A DNA stretch of 64,000 nt from Selenomonadaceae bacterium UBA2897 (GTDB lineage Bacteria; Bacillota; Negativicutes; Selenomonadales; Selenomonadaceae). The notes beneath the pieces were generated by a model. It made no database searches. It worked only from the letters and a program-made list of their open reading frames with translations, and was not told where the DNA came from. The translations under genes were made by a program, and so were the position numbers. Below are positions 32,539 through 41,166 of the stretch, one piece after another (the stretch's first letter is position 1; each line of letters opens with the position of its first letter). The DNA is taken from positions 4,408 to 68,407 of the forward strand of contig DEDT01000041.1 of NCBI GenBank assembly GCA_002350105.1, read 5' to 3'.

Positions 32539-34260
32539 TCACTCCGCGCAATAACGACGCCAGACCTCTTTGTAAGCAGACTCCAATTCCTTCATATACT
32601 GCTTCTCGTTCATCAATGCCGACTTGCGCAGCTGCTCGCGCAGGGCACCGTGATAGGCGTTGATGAGCTTCGGCGATTTGCCCAGTTGCACGGCGCGGCG
32701 CAGGTAGTTGAGGTCATTCTCGACCAGCAGTTCCTGCACGCCCGCGTTCTTCAGGATGGAGGCGCCGAAGCGCGCACCATGGGTGCGGCCGCGGATGCTG
32801 ATGACGGGCACGCCCATGCATAGCGCTTCGCATGTGGTGAGGCCGCCGTTGTAGGGTGCCGTGTCCAGCGCCACGTCGATATCGCGGTACTGCTCCAGAT
32901 AGTCGGGGCTGTAGGGGCGCAGCTCCACGCGCTGCACATCGAAGTTCAGCCGTTGCAGGCGCTTTTTCACAATGTCGCAGCCCGAGGGCACGCTGCATAC
33001 CTTGCCCTTGATTACGAGCTTCGCATCCTTCACGCTATCGAGGATACCGCGCCAGAGGAGCAGCATCTCATCCGTGACCTTGTTGAAATCATTGAAGCTG
33101 CCGAAGGTGACGAAACCGTTGCGCACGGAGGGCGCCTCGGGCAGAAGGTCCGGCAGGCGGCGCACGACGCGCGGCGAATAGCAGAGATGGCTGTGTGGCA
33201 GGCGGATGATCTGCTCCGTGAAGGCGCTGGCCGCGATCTCGTCGCCCGTCGGCAGGCAGGTCTCATCCGATAGGAAGTAGTCGATGGCGGGCAGGCCCGT
33301 CGTATTCATGTAGCCAATGCCCGCGATCTGCACGGGTGCCGGCTTATAGGCCATGATGGGCAGGCAGCTGCCCTGCGTATGGCCGGAAAGGTCGACGAGG
33401 ATATCGATCTTGTCCTCATCGATGATGCGCGCGGCCGTGCGCGGCGAGCGCCCCTGCAGATCGCGCCAGTTCACGTGGTTCTTGTGCAGTCGCCTGGTCA
33501 CATCGTCCTCGCGGCCCGTGGCGTAGACGTACACCTGAAAGTTCTTCCGGTCGAACGCGGCCAGAAGCGGCGTCACGAAGGAAGCCACGGCGTGCTCGCG
33601 CCAGTCCGGCGAAAGGTAGCCGATGCGCAGCCGCTTGTCGGGAATCTTGCGCGCGGCGGCGTGCTGGTACGGCTTCACGGGGCAGATGGCTGCCCAATCC
33701 TCGGCCCGCTGACGGCTCTCCGCCGGGGCGAGCTCACGGTAATTATCCATGAAAAGCGCCTTGCTGGTGAATATCGCCCGCTGCTCCGGCGTCACCGCGA
33801 ACCGCGCGCAGGTCCTGAGCGCTTCTGCCGCCTGCTCAGGACGCCCTGCGAGATAGAGCATGTCCGCCATCCAGCCCTGCGCCTTGCGCACGACATTCTG
33901 CAGCGTCGCGTAATAGGCATCGGAACTGTCGAGCGCCTTCAGCTTGCGCATCGCCTCCTCCACCACGTCGTGCAGCCCCGGCAGCGCCGCATCGAGCCGG
34001 AACTCGCGCGCGGCTACGCCCGCGCTCACAAGGCGCGCGCGCAGATGCTGCGGCTCGGACTGCAGCACGCCGTCCGCCAGCGAAGCCGCCTCGTCGAGGT
34101 CGCCACCGTAGAGCGCGGCCTCGGCCATGACGGCCGCGCCCTCCAGCTTGCTGCGGGCGTCGCTCTCCCAAAGCTCACGCGCACAGGCCCGCATGCCCTG
34201 CGGGTCTCCGTCGGCCGCAAATTTATCGGCCAGATTCAGCCAGTTGACCGTTTCGGACAT
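32539..34260 (-). CDS. TPR-repeat O-GlcNAc-transferase-like glycosyltransferase (GT41, SPINDLY/OGT family)
   Basis: N-terminal TPR-like helices. C-terminal half has GT41 hallmarks (RIGYLSPDWREHAV ... DILVDLSGHT ... FGSFNDFNKV ... LDTAPYNGGLTTCEALCMGVPV). Confidence 0.8.
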   Translation of the reverse strand: MSETVNWLNLADKFAADGDPQGMRACARELWESDARSKLEGAAVMAEAALYGGDLDEAASLADGVLQSEPQHLRARLVSAGVAAREFRLDAALPGLHDVVEEAMRKLKALDSSDAYYATLQNVVRKAQGWMADMLYLAGRPEQAAEALRTCARFAVTPEQRAIFTSKALFMDNYRELAPAESRQRAEDWAAICPVKPYQHAAARKIPDKRLRIGYLSPDWREHAVASFVTPLLAAFDRKNFQVYVYATGREDDVTRRLHKNHVNWRDLQGRSPRTAARIIDEDKIDILVDLSGHTQGSCLPIMAYKPAPVQIAGIGYMNTTGLPAIDYFLSDETCLPTGDEIAASAFTEQIIRLPHSHLCYSPRVVRRLPDLLPEAPSVRNGFVTFGSFNDFNKVTDEMLLLWRGILDSVKDAKLVIKGKVCSVPSGCDIVKKRLQRLNFDVQRVELRPYSPDYLEQYRDIDVALDTAPYNGGLTTCEALCMGVPVISIRGRTHGARFGASILKNAGVQELLVENDLNYLRRAVQLGKSPKLINAYHGALREQLRKSALMNEKQYMKELESAYKEVWRRYCAE

Positions 34261-34263
34261 AGC

Positions 34264-34962
34264 TCACACCTCCGGATGGAGTTCCTGCCCATACTCACGC
34301 AGGAATACTTTCTGATAGCCCTTGTACTCTCTTGCCAGCGGTTTTTCCTTCGGGCAATGGATGCACCAGAAATCCTCGCTCTGGTTCGGCACGACCACAC
34401 GGCGGCCGCGCCGCTGCATCTCCTTGCACATCGAGGTGTCGTAGAGATGCCAGCCCGTGAAAAGATCCTCACGCCAGGGGATATCATACTGCGTCGCGAG
34501 GAAAAGCCCATCGACGGCCTCGACTTCCTGATAGGCCCCTGCTGGCTCCATGCAGTGCGAATCCACGACGCACTCCGGCTCGCAGGCGTGCAGCACCCGG
34601 CCGTAGGTGCGCATGCCGTCCCACCAGATGCCGCTCTCAGGCAGGCAGCGGCAGCCGATGACGCCCACGAGGCCGATCCCCGGGTCGGCAAAGAGTCGCA
34701 GCAGGTCGGCCACGAGATTCTTATTGACCACCAGCGTATCCTGATGCAGGTAGACCTTGTACTTCGCATCCGTCTGCCGGCAACCTGCGTTATAGCCCGC
34801 ACACATCGAGGTCGCACCGCGCACGGGGATGTACTCTGCCGTAAAGCCCGCGGGTAGCGCGAGGCTCGCCAGATAGCGGCGGCATTCGCTGTACCAGTCT
34901 TCCTGATTCACGCAGGTGATGAAAGCTACTTTTTGTGGATTCAGCTGTTTTGCTTCAGGCAT
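34264..34962 (-). CDS. Glycosyltransferase-like family protein (Glyco_tranf_2_5 type)
   Basis: Start trimmed to ATG 34962 (ATGCCTGA overlap with the upstream stop). Motifs VAFITCVNQEDWYSEC ... AKYKVYLHQDTLV. Confidence 0.7.
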   Translation of the reverse strand: MPEAKQLNPQKVAFITCVNQEDWYSECRRYLASLALPAGFTAEYIPVRGATSMCAGYNAGCRQTDAKYKVYLHQDTLVVNKNLVADLLRLFADPGIGLVGVIGCRCLPESGIWWDGMRTYGRVLHACEPECVVDSHCMEPAGAYQEVEAVDGLFLATQYDIPWREDLFTGWHLYDTSMCKEMQRRGRRVVVPNQSEDFWCIHCPKEKPLAREYKGYQKVFLREYGQELHPEV

Positions 34963-35872
34963 CGTCTTCGCCTCCCTGCGCGAGCTCTCCCGTGGGATGC
35001 GCTGCGATTTCCGCCGCCCGGATAGCCGCGATTTCCTCCCCATGCGTCCCCGCATACTGCTCCAGATGCTGGAAGAAGCGCGTAATATGGAACACGGTCT
35101 CATGGATGAACGCCGCCACGTAGTCGGGGAAAAGTCCCAGCCGCGCGTAAAACGCCCAAAAGGCCGCACATTGCCGTTCCGTATCGACATCATACTCGAT
35201 GCGGTGCAGCAGCCAGGCGAGTTCCTGCCTGTCTTCCTTCGTATACATCGACTTCAGGAGCGCCAGTTCCGGCATGGAACGGTCGGCCTTCACCAGCCAG
35301 AATTCCGTCTCCAGATCATCATGCAGATTCTCGAAGCCCGCCGCCTCCAGCTTCGCAAGCAGGCCCTCCGGCGCCTTGCGGCGCTGCGGCCGGAGGTGCA
35401 CGTCTTTATAGTACGAGGCATAGAGCAGTTTCTCGAACTCCGGCTTGGCATAGAGGCGCGCAGCCACATGATAGTAGTGCCCCTCCATGATATTCCGGAT
35501 TTCCGACCAGTGCCGCAAATTGCGGAAGCTCGTGAGCCAGCTGCCTGTCTCCTTGAGATAGGTCGAGAAGCCGGCCGCGATATCCTGCGGGTTGCCCGCC
35601 TGCTCCAGCGTGAGGTCCGAGATGATGTAGTCGAAGGATGCACGCGGATATGGAAGCGGCTCGCTGAGATAGTCGCAGACCGTGAGCTCCGCCCCCGTCG
35701 CCGCATAGGCGGACAGGCGGTCTTTGTCAGCGGCTGCACCATAGAGCTCAGCGATGGGGAACATCTGCCGCAACCGGGGCAGGTAATGGAGATCCTCCAC
35801 GACGAGCACGCGCAGCGGCAGCGCGGCGGGCTGCAGGAACTGCAGCAGGGCCGGCTTGATTTTCTCAGACAT
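34955..35872 (-). CDS. Hypothetical protein, methyltransferase-like fold with degenerate SAM motif
   Basis: VLVVEDLHY replaces the usual ExGxGxG motif. FDYIISDLTLEQAGNPQD ... LKETGSWL resembles the post-II/III motifs of class I methyltransferases. The assignment is weak. Confidence 0.4.
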   Translation of the reverse strand: MSEKIKPALLQFLQPAALPLRVLVVEDLHYLPRLRQMFPIAELYGAAADKDRLSAYAATGAELTVCDYLSEPLPYPRASFDYIISDLTLEQAGNPQDIAAGFSTYLKETGSWLTSFRNLRHWSEIRNIMEGHYYHVAARLYAKPEFEKLLYASYYKDVHLRPQRRKAPEGLLAKLEAAGFENLHDDLETEFWLVKADRSMPELALLKSMYTKEDRQELAWLLHRIEYDVDTERQCAAFWAFYARLGLFPDYVAAFIHETVFHITRFFQHLEQYAGTHGEEIAAIRAAEIAAHPTGELAQGGEDDA

Positions 35873-35885
35873 GGCGCACCTCCCT

Positions 35886-35925
35886 ATACAAAAGGCTGCA
35901 CATAAATTCCCATCTATGTGCAGCC
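35886..35925 (-). terminator. Rho-independent terminator after smpB
   Basis: Minus strand stem ggctgcacat / atgtgcagcc followed by TTTTGT. Confidence 0.75.
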
Positions 35926-35950
35926 CATGCAGTAAGTAATTTAATAGCGA

Positions 35951-36424
35951 TTAATAGCGCTGGCGGTCTTTCAGAGCCCGCTCCATTTCACGCTTAGCCG
36001 TTTTGGCCTGCAGATCCTGTCGTTTATCGTAGTTGTGCTTGCCGGAAGCCAGCGCGAGCTCCAGCTTCGCGCGGCCCCGCTTGAAATAAATCTTCAGCGG
36101 AATCAGCGTATAGCCCTTCTCGCGCGTCTTGCTGAACAGCTTGATAATCTCCGCCTTGTGCATCAGCAGACGGCGCGTCCTGAGCGGGTCATGGTTAAAG
36201 ATATTCCCCTGTTCGTAGGGGCTGATATGCATGTGCTCGATGAAGATCTCGCCGTTGCGGATATTACAGTAGCTGTCCTTGAGGTTGGCACGGCCCGCCC
36301 GCAGGGACTTTACCTCGGTGCCCTGCAGCTCCAGGCCGGCCTCAAACGTCTCGTGGATAAAGTAATCATGCCGTGCCTTGCGGTTCTCGCAGGCAATCTT
36401 GATGCCCGCATTCTTTTTCCCCAA
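35951..36424 (-). CDS. smpB: SsrA-binding protein SmpB
   Basis: [10 protein letters not shown] ... GTEVKSLR ... motifs. Start placed at TTG 36424 behind AGAGGGAG; the longer track ORF has no SD. Confidence 0.9.
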   Translation of the reverse strand: MGKKNAGIKIACENRKARHDYFIHETFEAGLELQGTEVKSLRAGRANLKDSYCNIRNGEIFIEHMHISPYEQGNIFNHDPLRTRRLLMHKAEIIKLFSKTREKGYTLIPLKIYFKRGRAKLELALASGKHNYDKRQDLQAKTAKREMERALKDRQRY

Positions 36425-36484
36425 GCCAATCTCCCTCTTTTCCCAAAACGTGAACAAGGAGCTGCTGCCCCGCGTCACGTCGTT

Positions 36485-39154
36485 TTAGTTCTTTGCGTTG
36501 CCCGTGCTGCCCTCGGTCTTGCTGTGGCCGTGATGACTGCGCTGCGGGGCCTGCTTGCGCGGCTTCTCCGCCTGCATGGCCTCCTGGCGCTGTTTGCGCT
36601 CGTGGTATCCCGGCGGATCCGGCCACACGGCCTTGTTGAGGCCCGTCACGCGTACATGATGATAGTCGTCACGATCGCGCTTCTCGTCCTTGCGGCCAAA
36701 ACCCGTGCTGTTCTTGCGCTCGGCCGGGCGGTGATGGTCGTCACGATGGGGCAGCTTCTCGCCCGAAGGGCCGCGGCGCCCCTTGCCCTTGCCCTTGCCG
36801 TTGCGGTGGTGCTTCGGCTCGCCCTCGTGTGCCTTGGCATCGAGGAAGGCCTCAGCGAGGATGGAGCTGCCGCCCTCGCTCTTCCGCTCGCGGCGGCCAC
36901 CGCGCTCACCACGTCTGCCGCCGCGCTCCTTCTTCTCCTTGTCATCACGGCCGCCCTGCGGCTTGCCCGGCTTGCGGCCGCCGCGCACGGCGTTGGCCAT
37001 GGCCTTCGGATCATAGGCACCGTTGTCCTTGAGCACGAAGTCGAGGTTGCGCTCCTCGATGTTGGCGCGCACGAGCAGGATATCGACCTCGTCGCCGAGG
37101 CGGTAGCGCTGCTGCGTACGCTCGCCGACCATCGCGAACTGCTCCTCTTTGTACTCATAGAAGTCGTTGACCATCGTGGAGACATGCACGAGGCCCTCCA
37201 CGCCATTGTCGAGCTCGACGAAGATACCGAAAGCCGTGACGCCCGAGATAATGCCGTGGAACTCCTCGCCCACGAACTGCGCCATATACTCGATTTTCTT
37301 CATGTCCGTCGTCTCGCGCTCCGCCTCGATGGCGACGCGCTCGCGCTCGGACGCATGGTCCGCGATCTCCGGCAGCAGGCTGCGCAGTTTCTCCTGACGC
37401 GCGCCCGGCATCGTGCCCGTCGCGAACGTCTCGCGCAGCAGACGGTGCACGATGAGGTCCGGGTAGCGGCGAATCGGCGAGGTGAAGTGCGTGTAGTAGC
37501 GCGCCGCCAGGCCGAAATGACCGAGGCTCTCCGGCGAATAGCGGGCCTGCTGCATCGAGCGCAGGGCGACCGTCGAGAGCAGGCGCTCCTCCGGTTTGCC
37601 CTCGACCTTCGCGAGGACTTTCTGGATATCCATGGGCTTCACGTGGCCCATCTCGTCGGAGCGCACGAAAAGGCCGAAAGCCGCGAGCACGTTGTTCAGG
37701 CGCTCCAGCTTCTCCTCGCTCGGCTGCTCATGCACGCGGTACATGAACGGCAGATGCTTCGTATCCATGTGGCGGGCCACGGTCTCATTCGCGGCCAGCA
37801 TGCACTCCTCGACGATGGACTCGGAGAGCGAGCCCACGCGCTTGATGAGGGCGATCGGATGACCTTCCGCATCCAGCTTGACCTTGACCTCCGGGATCTC
37901 GAAGTCGATGGAGCCGCGGCGATGGCGCTTCGCCTTGAGAATGTCGCGCAGGTCGCGCAGCGTCTCCAGCATCTCGCGGATATCCGCATTATCAGAGACA
38001 TACGGCTCCTCGTGATCGACGAGTACCTTGTTCACGATGTTGTACGTCAAGCGGCGGTGCACATGGATGACCGTCGGCACGATTTCGTAGCTCGTGACCT
38101 CGCCCTCTGGGGAAATCTGCATCTCGCAGGCCATGGAGAGGCGGTCGACGCCCGCATTCAGCGAGCAGATGCCATTGGAAAGCTCCTTCGGCAGCATCGG
38201 GATCACGCGGTCCACGAGGTAGACACTCGTACCGCGCTCGCGCGCCTCGCGGTCCAGCGGCTCGTTCTCGCGCACATACCAGCTCACATCGGCGATGTAG
38301 ACGCCGAGGAAATAGGATCCATCGGCGTTCTTCTTCGCATAGACGCCGTCGTCGAGGTCCTTGGAATCATCGCCATCGATGGTGACGATGGACAGATCGC
38401 GGCGGTCGCGGCGGCCCTCATATTCCTCAGGGCTCGGATTCTCCTCGCAGGCCGTGGCCGCAGCCTGTACATCCTCGGGGAAGGTCTCTGAGAGGTCGTA
38501 CTGCTTCATCACGGAGAGGATATCGACGCCCGGGTCGCCCTTCATGCCGATGATTTCCGTGACCTTGCCCTCGGCGTTGTGGCGGCCCGTCGGCCATTTC
38601 GTGATTTCCACGACGACTTTTGCGCCCGTCTTCGCACCGTGCGCGGCCTTTTTCGGGATAAAGATATCGTTGTTCAGTTTCGTATTGTCCGGCGTCACGA
38701 AACCGAAGGTGCGGCTGCTCTCATACGTGCCCACGATGCGCTCGTTCGCGCGCTCGAGCACGCGGATGATTTCGCCCTCGCGGGAGCGGCCCGGTTCCTG
38801 CGACGGCGTGACGCGAGCCACGACGCGGTCGCCGTGCATAGCCGAATTCAGGCTGACACCCGGCACGAATACGTCCGTCTCCTCCTCGGTCTCGCGCACG
38901 TCGGGGATGATGAAGCCGAAGCCCTTGGCCGTCATGGAGAGCTTGCCCACGACGAGGTGCATGCGCGCCGGCGTGCCGTAGAGGTCGCTGCGGTTGCGGA
39001 TGATTGCGCCCTCCTGCTCCAGTGCCTCCAGGGCCTGCGGGAACCCCACCTGCTCCTCCGGCGTCAGCTGCATGGCCTCGGCTAAGTCCCCGGCCAGCAG
39101 CGGTTTATATGCTTCTTCGCGCATATAAGCTAAAATCCGTTCTTTTAAATCCAT
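36485..39154 (-). CDS. rnr: Ribonuclease R
   Basis: Cold-shock/OB N-terminal domains, RNB catalytic domain (TIDGDDSKDLDDGV), S1 domain (GIISGVTAFGIFVEL), long Arg/Gly/Lys-rich tail. Confidence 0.95.
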   Translation of the reverse strand: MDLKERILAYMREEAYKPLLAGDLAEAMQLTPEEQVGFPQALEALEQEGAIIRNRSDLYGTPARMHLVVGKLSMTAKGFGFIIPDVRETEEETDVFVPGVSLNSAMHGDRVVARVTPSQEPGRSREGEIIRVLERANERIVGTYESSRTFGFVTPDNTKLNNDIFIPKKAAHGAKTGAKVVVEITKWPTGRHNAEGKVTEIIGMKGDPGVDILSVMKQYDLSETFPEDVQAAATACEENPSPEEYEGRRDRRDLSIVTIDGDDSKDLDDGVYAKKNADGSYFLGVYIADVSWYVRENEPLDREARERGTSVYLVDRVIPMLPKELSNGICSLNAGVDRLSMACEMQISPEGEVTSYEIVPTVIHVHRRLTYNIVNKVLVDHEEPYVSDNADIREMLETLRDLRDILKAKRHRRGSIDFEIPEVKVKLDAEGHPIALIKRVGSLSESIVEECMLAANETVARHMDTKHLPFMYRVHEQPSEEKLERLNNVLAAFGLFVRSDEMGHVKPMDIQKVLAKVEGKPEERLLSTVALRSMQQARYSPESLGHFGLAARYYTHFTSPIRRYPDLIVHRLLRETFATGTMPGARQEKLRSLLPEIADHASERERVAIEAERETTDMKKIEYMAQFVGEEFHGIISGVTAFGIFVELDNGVEGLVHVSTMVNDFYEYKEEQFAMVGERTQQRYRLGDEVDILLVRANIEERNLDFVLKDNGAYDPKAMANAVRGGRKPGKPQGGRDDKEKKERGGRRGERGGRRERKSEGGSSILAEAFLDAKAHEGEPKHHRNGKGKGKGRRGPSGEKLPHRDDHHRPAERKNSTGFGRKDEKRDRDDYHHVRVTGLNKAVWPDPPGYHERKQRQEAMQAEKPRKQAPQRSHHGHSKTEGSTGNAKN

Positions 39155-39223
39155 AATTTTTCTTTTCTCCGTTTTCGCTTTCTTTTCTTCTTCGCTAATA
39201 CGATAGTTCGCCTGTTGCCGGAC

Positions 39224-39970
39224 TCATTCGGCAGCAGCCTGCAGGAACCGGGCGGTGCGGGCAAAGACCTGCTCGCGCTCCTCCGTCAGAGGCAACAGAT
39301 GGCCGCCGCGTTCCAGCCAAAAGATTTCCTTGTGAGTCGTAGCCAGATGATTGTAGATGTAGACGGCGCTGCGAGGATCCGCCGTATGGTCGTCCTGTGC
39401 CTGCACGATGAGGCATGGCACTTCGATGTGTGCGAGCTCACCCTTGACCACCTCGATGACGTCGAGCAGCTCGTGCACGCTGATGAGCGGCATCTTGCGG
39501 TAGGTATGATTCGCCGCAGGGGGGACGTTCTTCAGACGGCGGCGCGCCTTGGGCACAAAGACGCCCACCGAAACACTGCGCGGCGGCAGCAGGCCAATGC
39601 CCCTCTCCTGGGCGATGTAGATGGGCGCCGCGAGCGGCACGACCCGGTCCACCTCGTACTCCGCCGCCGCGAGCAGCGCCAGCAGGCCGCCCATGGAGTG
39701 ACCGACGACGCTGATGTGCTCGCAGGCCCCGCCGAGCACGGCCAGGCCGTCACGTACCGAGTCATACCAATTCTCCCATACCATATGACTCATATCCTCG
39801 GCCGTCGTGCCATGACCGGCCAGCCGCACGCCGAGCACCGTGAAGCCCTGCTGCTGCAGGTACTGCCCCATGAGCAGGAGCTCCGCTGGCAGGCCCGTGA
39901 ATCCATGGATGAGCAACACGCCCTGCGGTCCGCCCGGCAGGAAGAAAGGCTCCGCTCCCGGCAAAATCAT
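39224..39970 (-). CDS. Alpha/beta-hydrolase carboxylesterase (Est/YvaK-like)
   Basis: HGFTG oxyanion motif and GHSMGG nucleophile elbow. Sits in the conserved secG-est-rnr position. Confidence 0.85.
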   Translation of the reverse strand: MILPGAEPFFLPGGPQGVLLIHGFTGLPAELLLMGQYLQQQGFTVLGVRLAGHGTTAEDMSHMVWENWYDSVRDGLAVLGGACEHISVVGHSMGGLLALLAAAEYEVDRVVPLAAPIYIAQERGIGLLPPRSVSVGVFVPKARRRLKNVPPAANHTYRKMPLISVHELLDVIEVVKGELAHIEVPCLIVQAQDDHTADPRSAVYIYNHLATTHKEIFWLERGGHLLPLTEEREQVFARTARFLQAAAE

Positions 39971-39987
39971 GCAGCATCCCCCTAACG

Positions 39988-40022
39988 CGAAAAACGTCCC
40001 CTGCCCTACAGGACAGAGAACG
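39988..40022 (-). terminator. Candidate terminator after secG
   Basis: Minus strand 12-bp stem (3 G-U pairs) cgttctctgtcc / gggcaggggacg followed by TTTTCG. Confidence 0.5.
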
Positions 40023-40038
40023 TCAATGCCTTACCGTA

Positions 40039-40278
40039 TCAGTTCGTCATCCGGGCAATCACGATGGTAATAACCCCGAAGGCTATCGCCAGTACAACGG
40101 TCACGCGAGCCAGCAGCGCATCCATGCCACGGGCCTTGCTCGAAAATACCGTGTCGGCACCGCCGCCCATGCCGCCCATGCCCGCGGACTTCGCTTCCTG
40201 TCCGAGCACCGCAGCAATGAGTGCAATGCAGATGATGGCATCGAGTATCATCAAAAGTGTCAGTAACAAAATAGCCAC
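40039..40278 (-). CDS. secG: Preprotein translocase subunit SecG
   Basis: 79 aa, two TM helices separated by a Gly-rich loop (SAGMGGMGGGADTVF). Confidence 0.85.
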   Translation of the reverse strand: MAILLLTLLMILDAIICIALIAAVLGQEAKSAGMGGMGGGADTVFSSKARGMDALLARVTVVLAIAFGVITIVIARMTN

Positions 40279-40361
40279 TCCTTCACACCAATAAAAAGTC
40301 TACACCACATTTTATCATATACCGCCGCCATTGACAACACAGGTTTCACATCCGCTTTTAC

Positions 40362-40390
40362 TTGTAAGCGCTCGGTCGAAATGGTATAAT
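40362..40390 (+). promoter_or_regulatory. Orphan near-consensus promoter facing the small toxin ORF (candidate antisense/antitoxin RNA promoter)
   Basis: TTGTAA-17 nt-TATAAT with an extended -10 (TGgTATAAT). No credible plus-strand ORF lies downstream for about 4.5 kb. Confidence 0.5.
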
Positions 40391-40401
40391 TATCGTAACA
40401 A

Positions 40402-40649
40402 GAGCAGCTGGTGTCTGGAACCATCAGCTCGCCCTTCGATATTACTAGAACGAGAAGGGGCTTCGGCTCGACACGTGTCAGCATCACCCTTTCCGGATCG
40501 GCTTCTTCACTTCATCCGTAGCTGCGAACTACTTCCGAAGTTGCAGAATGCCAATCACGATCTCCACGAACGCCAGTACAAGGCTGAGCTTTTCGTAAGT
40601 GCTCATGACATTCACCTCCCCATTCAGGGAGAGCTGATGTCAGCTGCTC
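40402..40649. repeat. Split inverted repeat (9+9 bp, perfect) bracketing the small toxin ORF
   Basis: gagcagctg (40402-40410) pairs with cagctgctc (40641-40649). catcagctc (40422-40430) pairs with gagctgatg (40631-40639). Confidence 0.85.
40529..40606 (-). CDS. 25-aa hydrophobic peptide, holin-like toxin (Hol-Tox) family candidate
   Basis: Not in the ORF track. ATG 40606 lies 6 nt after GGGAGGTG. The peptide is MSTYEKLSLVLAFVEIVIGILQLRK, one TM with a basic C-terminus, and matches my recollection of the Hol-Tox pattern MS.YE.L.L..F. Confidence 0.55.
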   Translation of the reverse strand: MSTYEKLSLVLAFVEIVIGILQLRK

Positions 40650-40657
40650 TCACGTAA

Positions 40658-40666
40658 AGTATAGCA
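40658..40666 (-). promoter_or_regulatory. Extended -10 element (TGcTATACT) upstream of the toxin ORF
   Basis: Read on the minus strand about 50 nt upstream of ATG 40606. The -35 is weak. Confidence 0.4.
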
Positions 40667-40693
40667 TGTACTGGTGTTTTTGTATACCGTACT

Positions 40694-41047
40694 TTATTTC
40701 TTCCTGAAGATGTCCGCCAGGCTGCCGTCGCGCTCCTGCGCGAGCGTGGCGATGCCCGTATTGTAGAAAATGTCGTTGGGCAGAGCCACGATGGCCTCCA
40801 GCAAATCAGGCTCCAGCAGGTAGCGGCGGATTTCCGAAGGGCCGCTGCCCGCATCGCCCGTAAAGAGCGGCGAGCCGTTGTGGATGATGGCCACGCGGCT
40901 GCCCTCCCGCTTCATCTTGCTCACGGCCGTCTCGAGGAACAGCATCTGGCTGTCGCCGATGGCCGGCACGCCCGCGCCGAAACGTCCGGCATAGCCCAGA
41001 TCAGGTCCGCTTTCTCCTTGACATTTACAGCTAAACTCACGTTCCAT
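40694..41047 (-). pseudogene. Remnant of a type I restriction-modification methylase gene (hsdM fragment)
   Basis: Encodes only an internal/C-proximal block, ...[26 protein letters not shown] ... [45 protein letters not shown]. The N-terminal SAM-binding and NPPF/Y regions and the C-terminus are missing. No hsdR or hsdS gene is nearby. Confidence 0.6.
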
Positions 41048-41166
41048 CCCTCGTTTATCTTCAGTATTTTCCTATCTAGTATAACACGCCAGGGGGGACA
41101 TCCTATAGCCTGGCGAGGCAAATTTATGGAAAGCCGCCAGGAAGGATATACGATAGAGCATCGTGC

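Noticed and set aside
36035-38491. 818-aa plus-strand ORF opposite rnr/smpB. Similar long ORFs lie at 15413..17062, 28181..29716, 33379..34857, 24001..24927, 42151..43704 and 14645..15262.
   Set aside because: All lie antisense to genes with unambiguous motifs and show the same shadow-ORF composition. Long stop-free antisense frames are expected at this G+C and codon bias.
40454-40480. GGGGCTTCGGCTCGAC, superficially like a tmRNA 5' end (GGGG...UUCGAC), on the plus strand near secG
   Set aside because: There is no downstream tag-peptide reading frame ending in an ALAA-like sequence. There is also no 3' tRNA-like T-arm/ACCA end within 300-450 nt, and the region overlaps the small toxin ORF instead.
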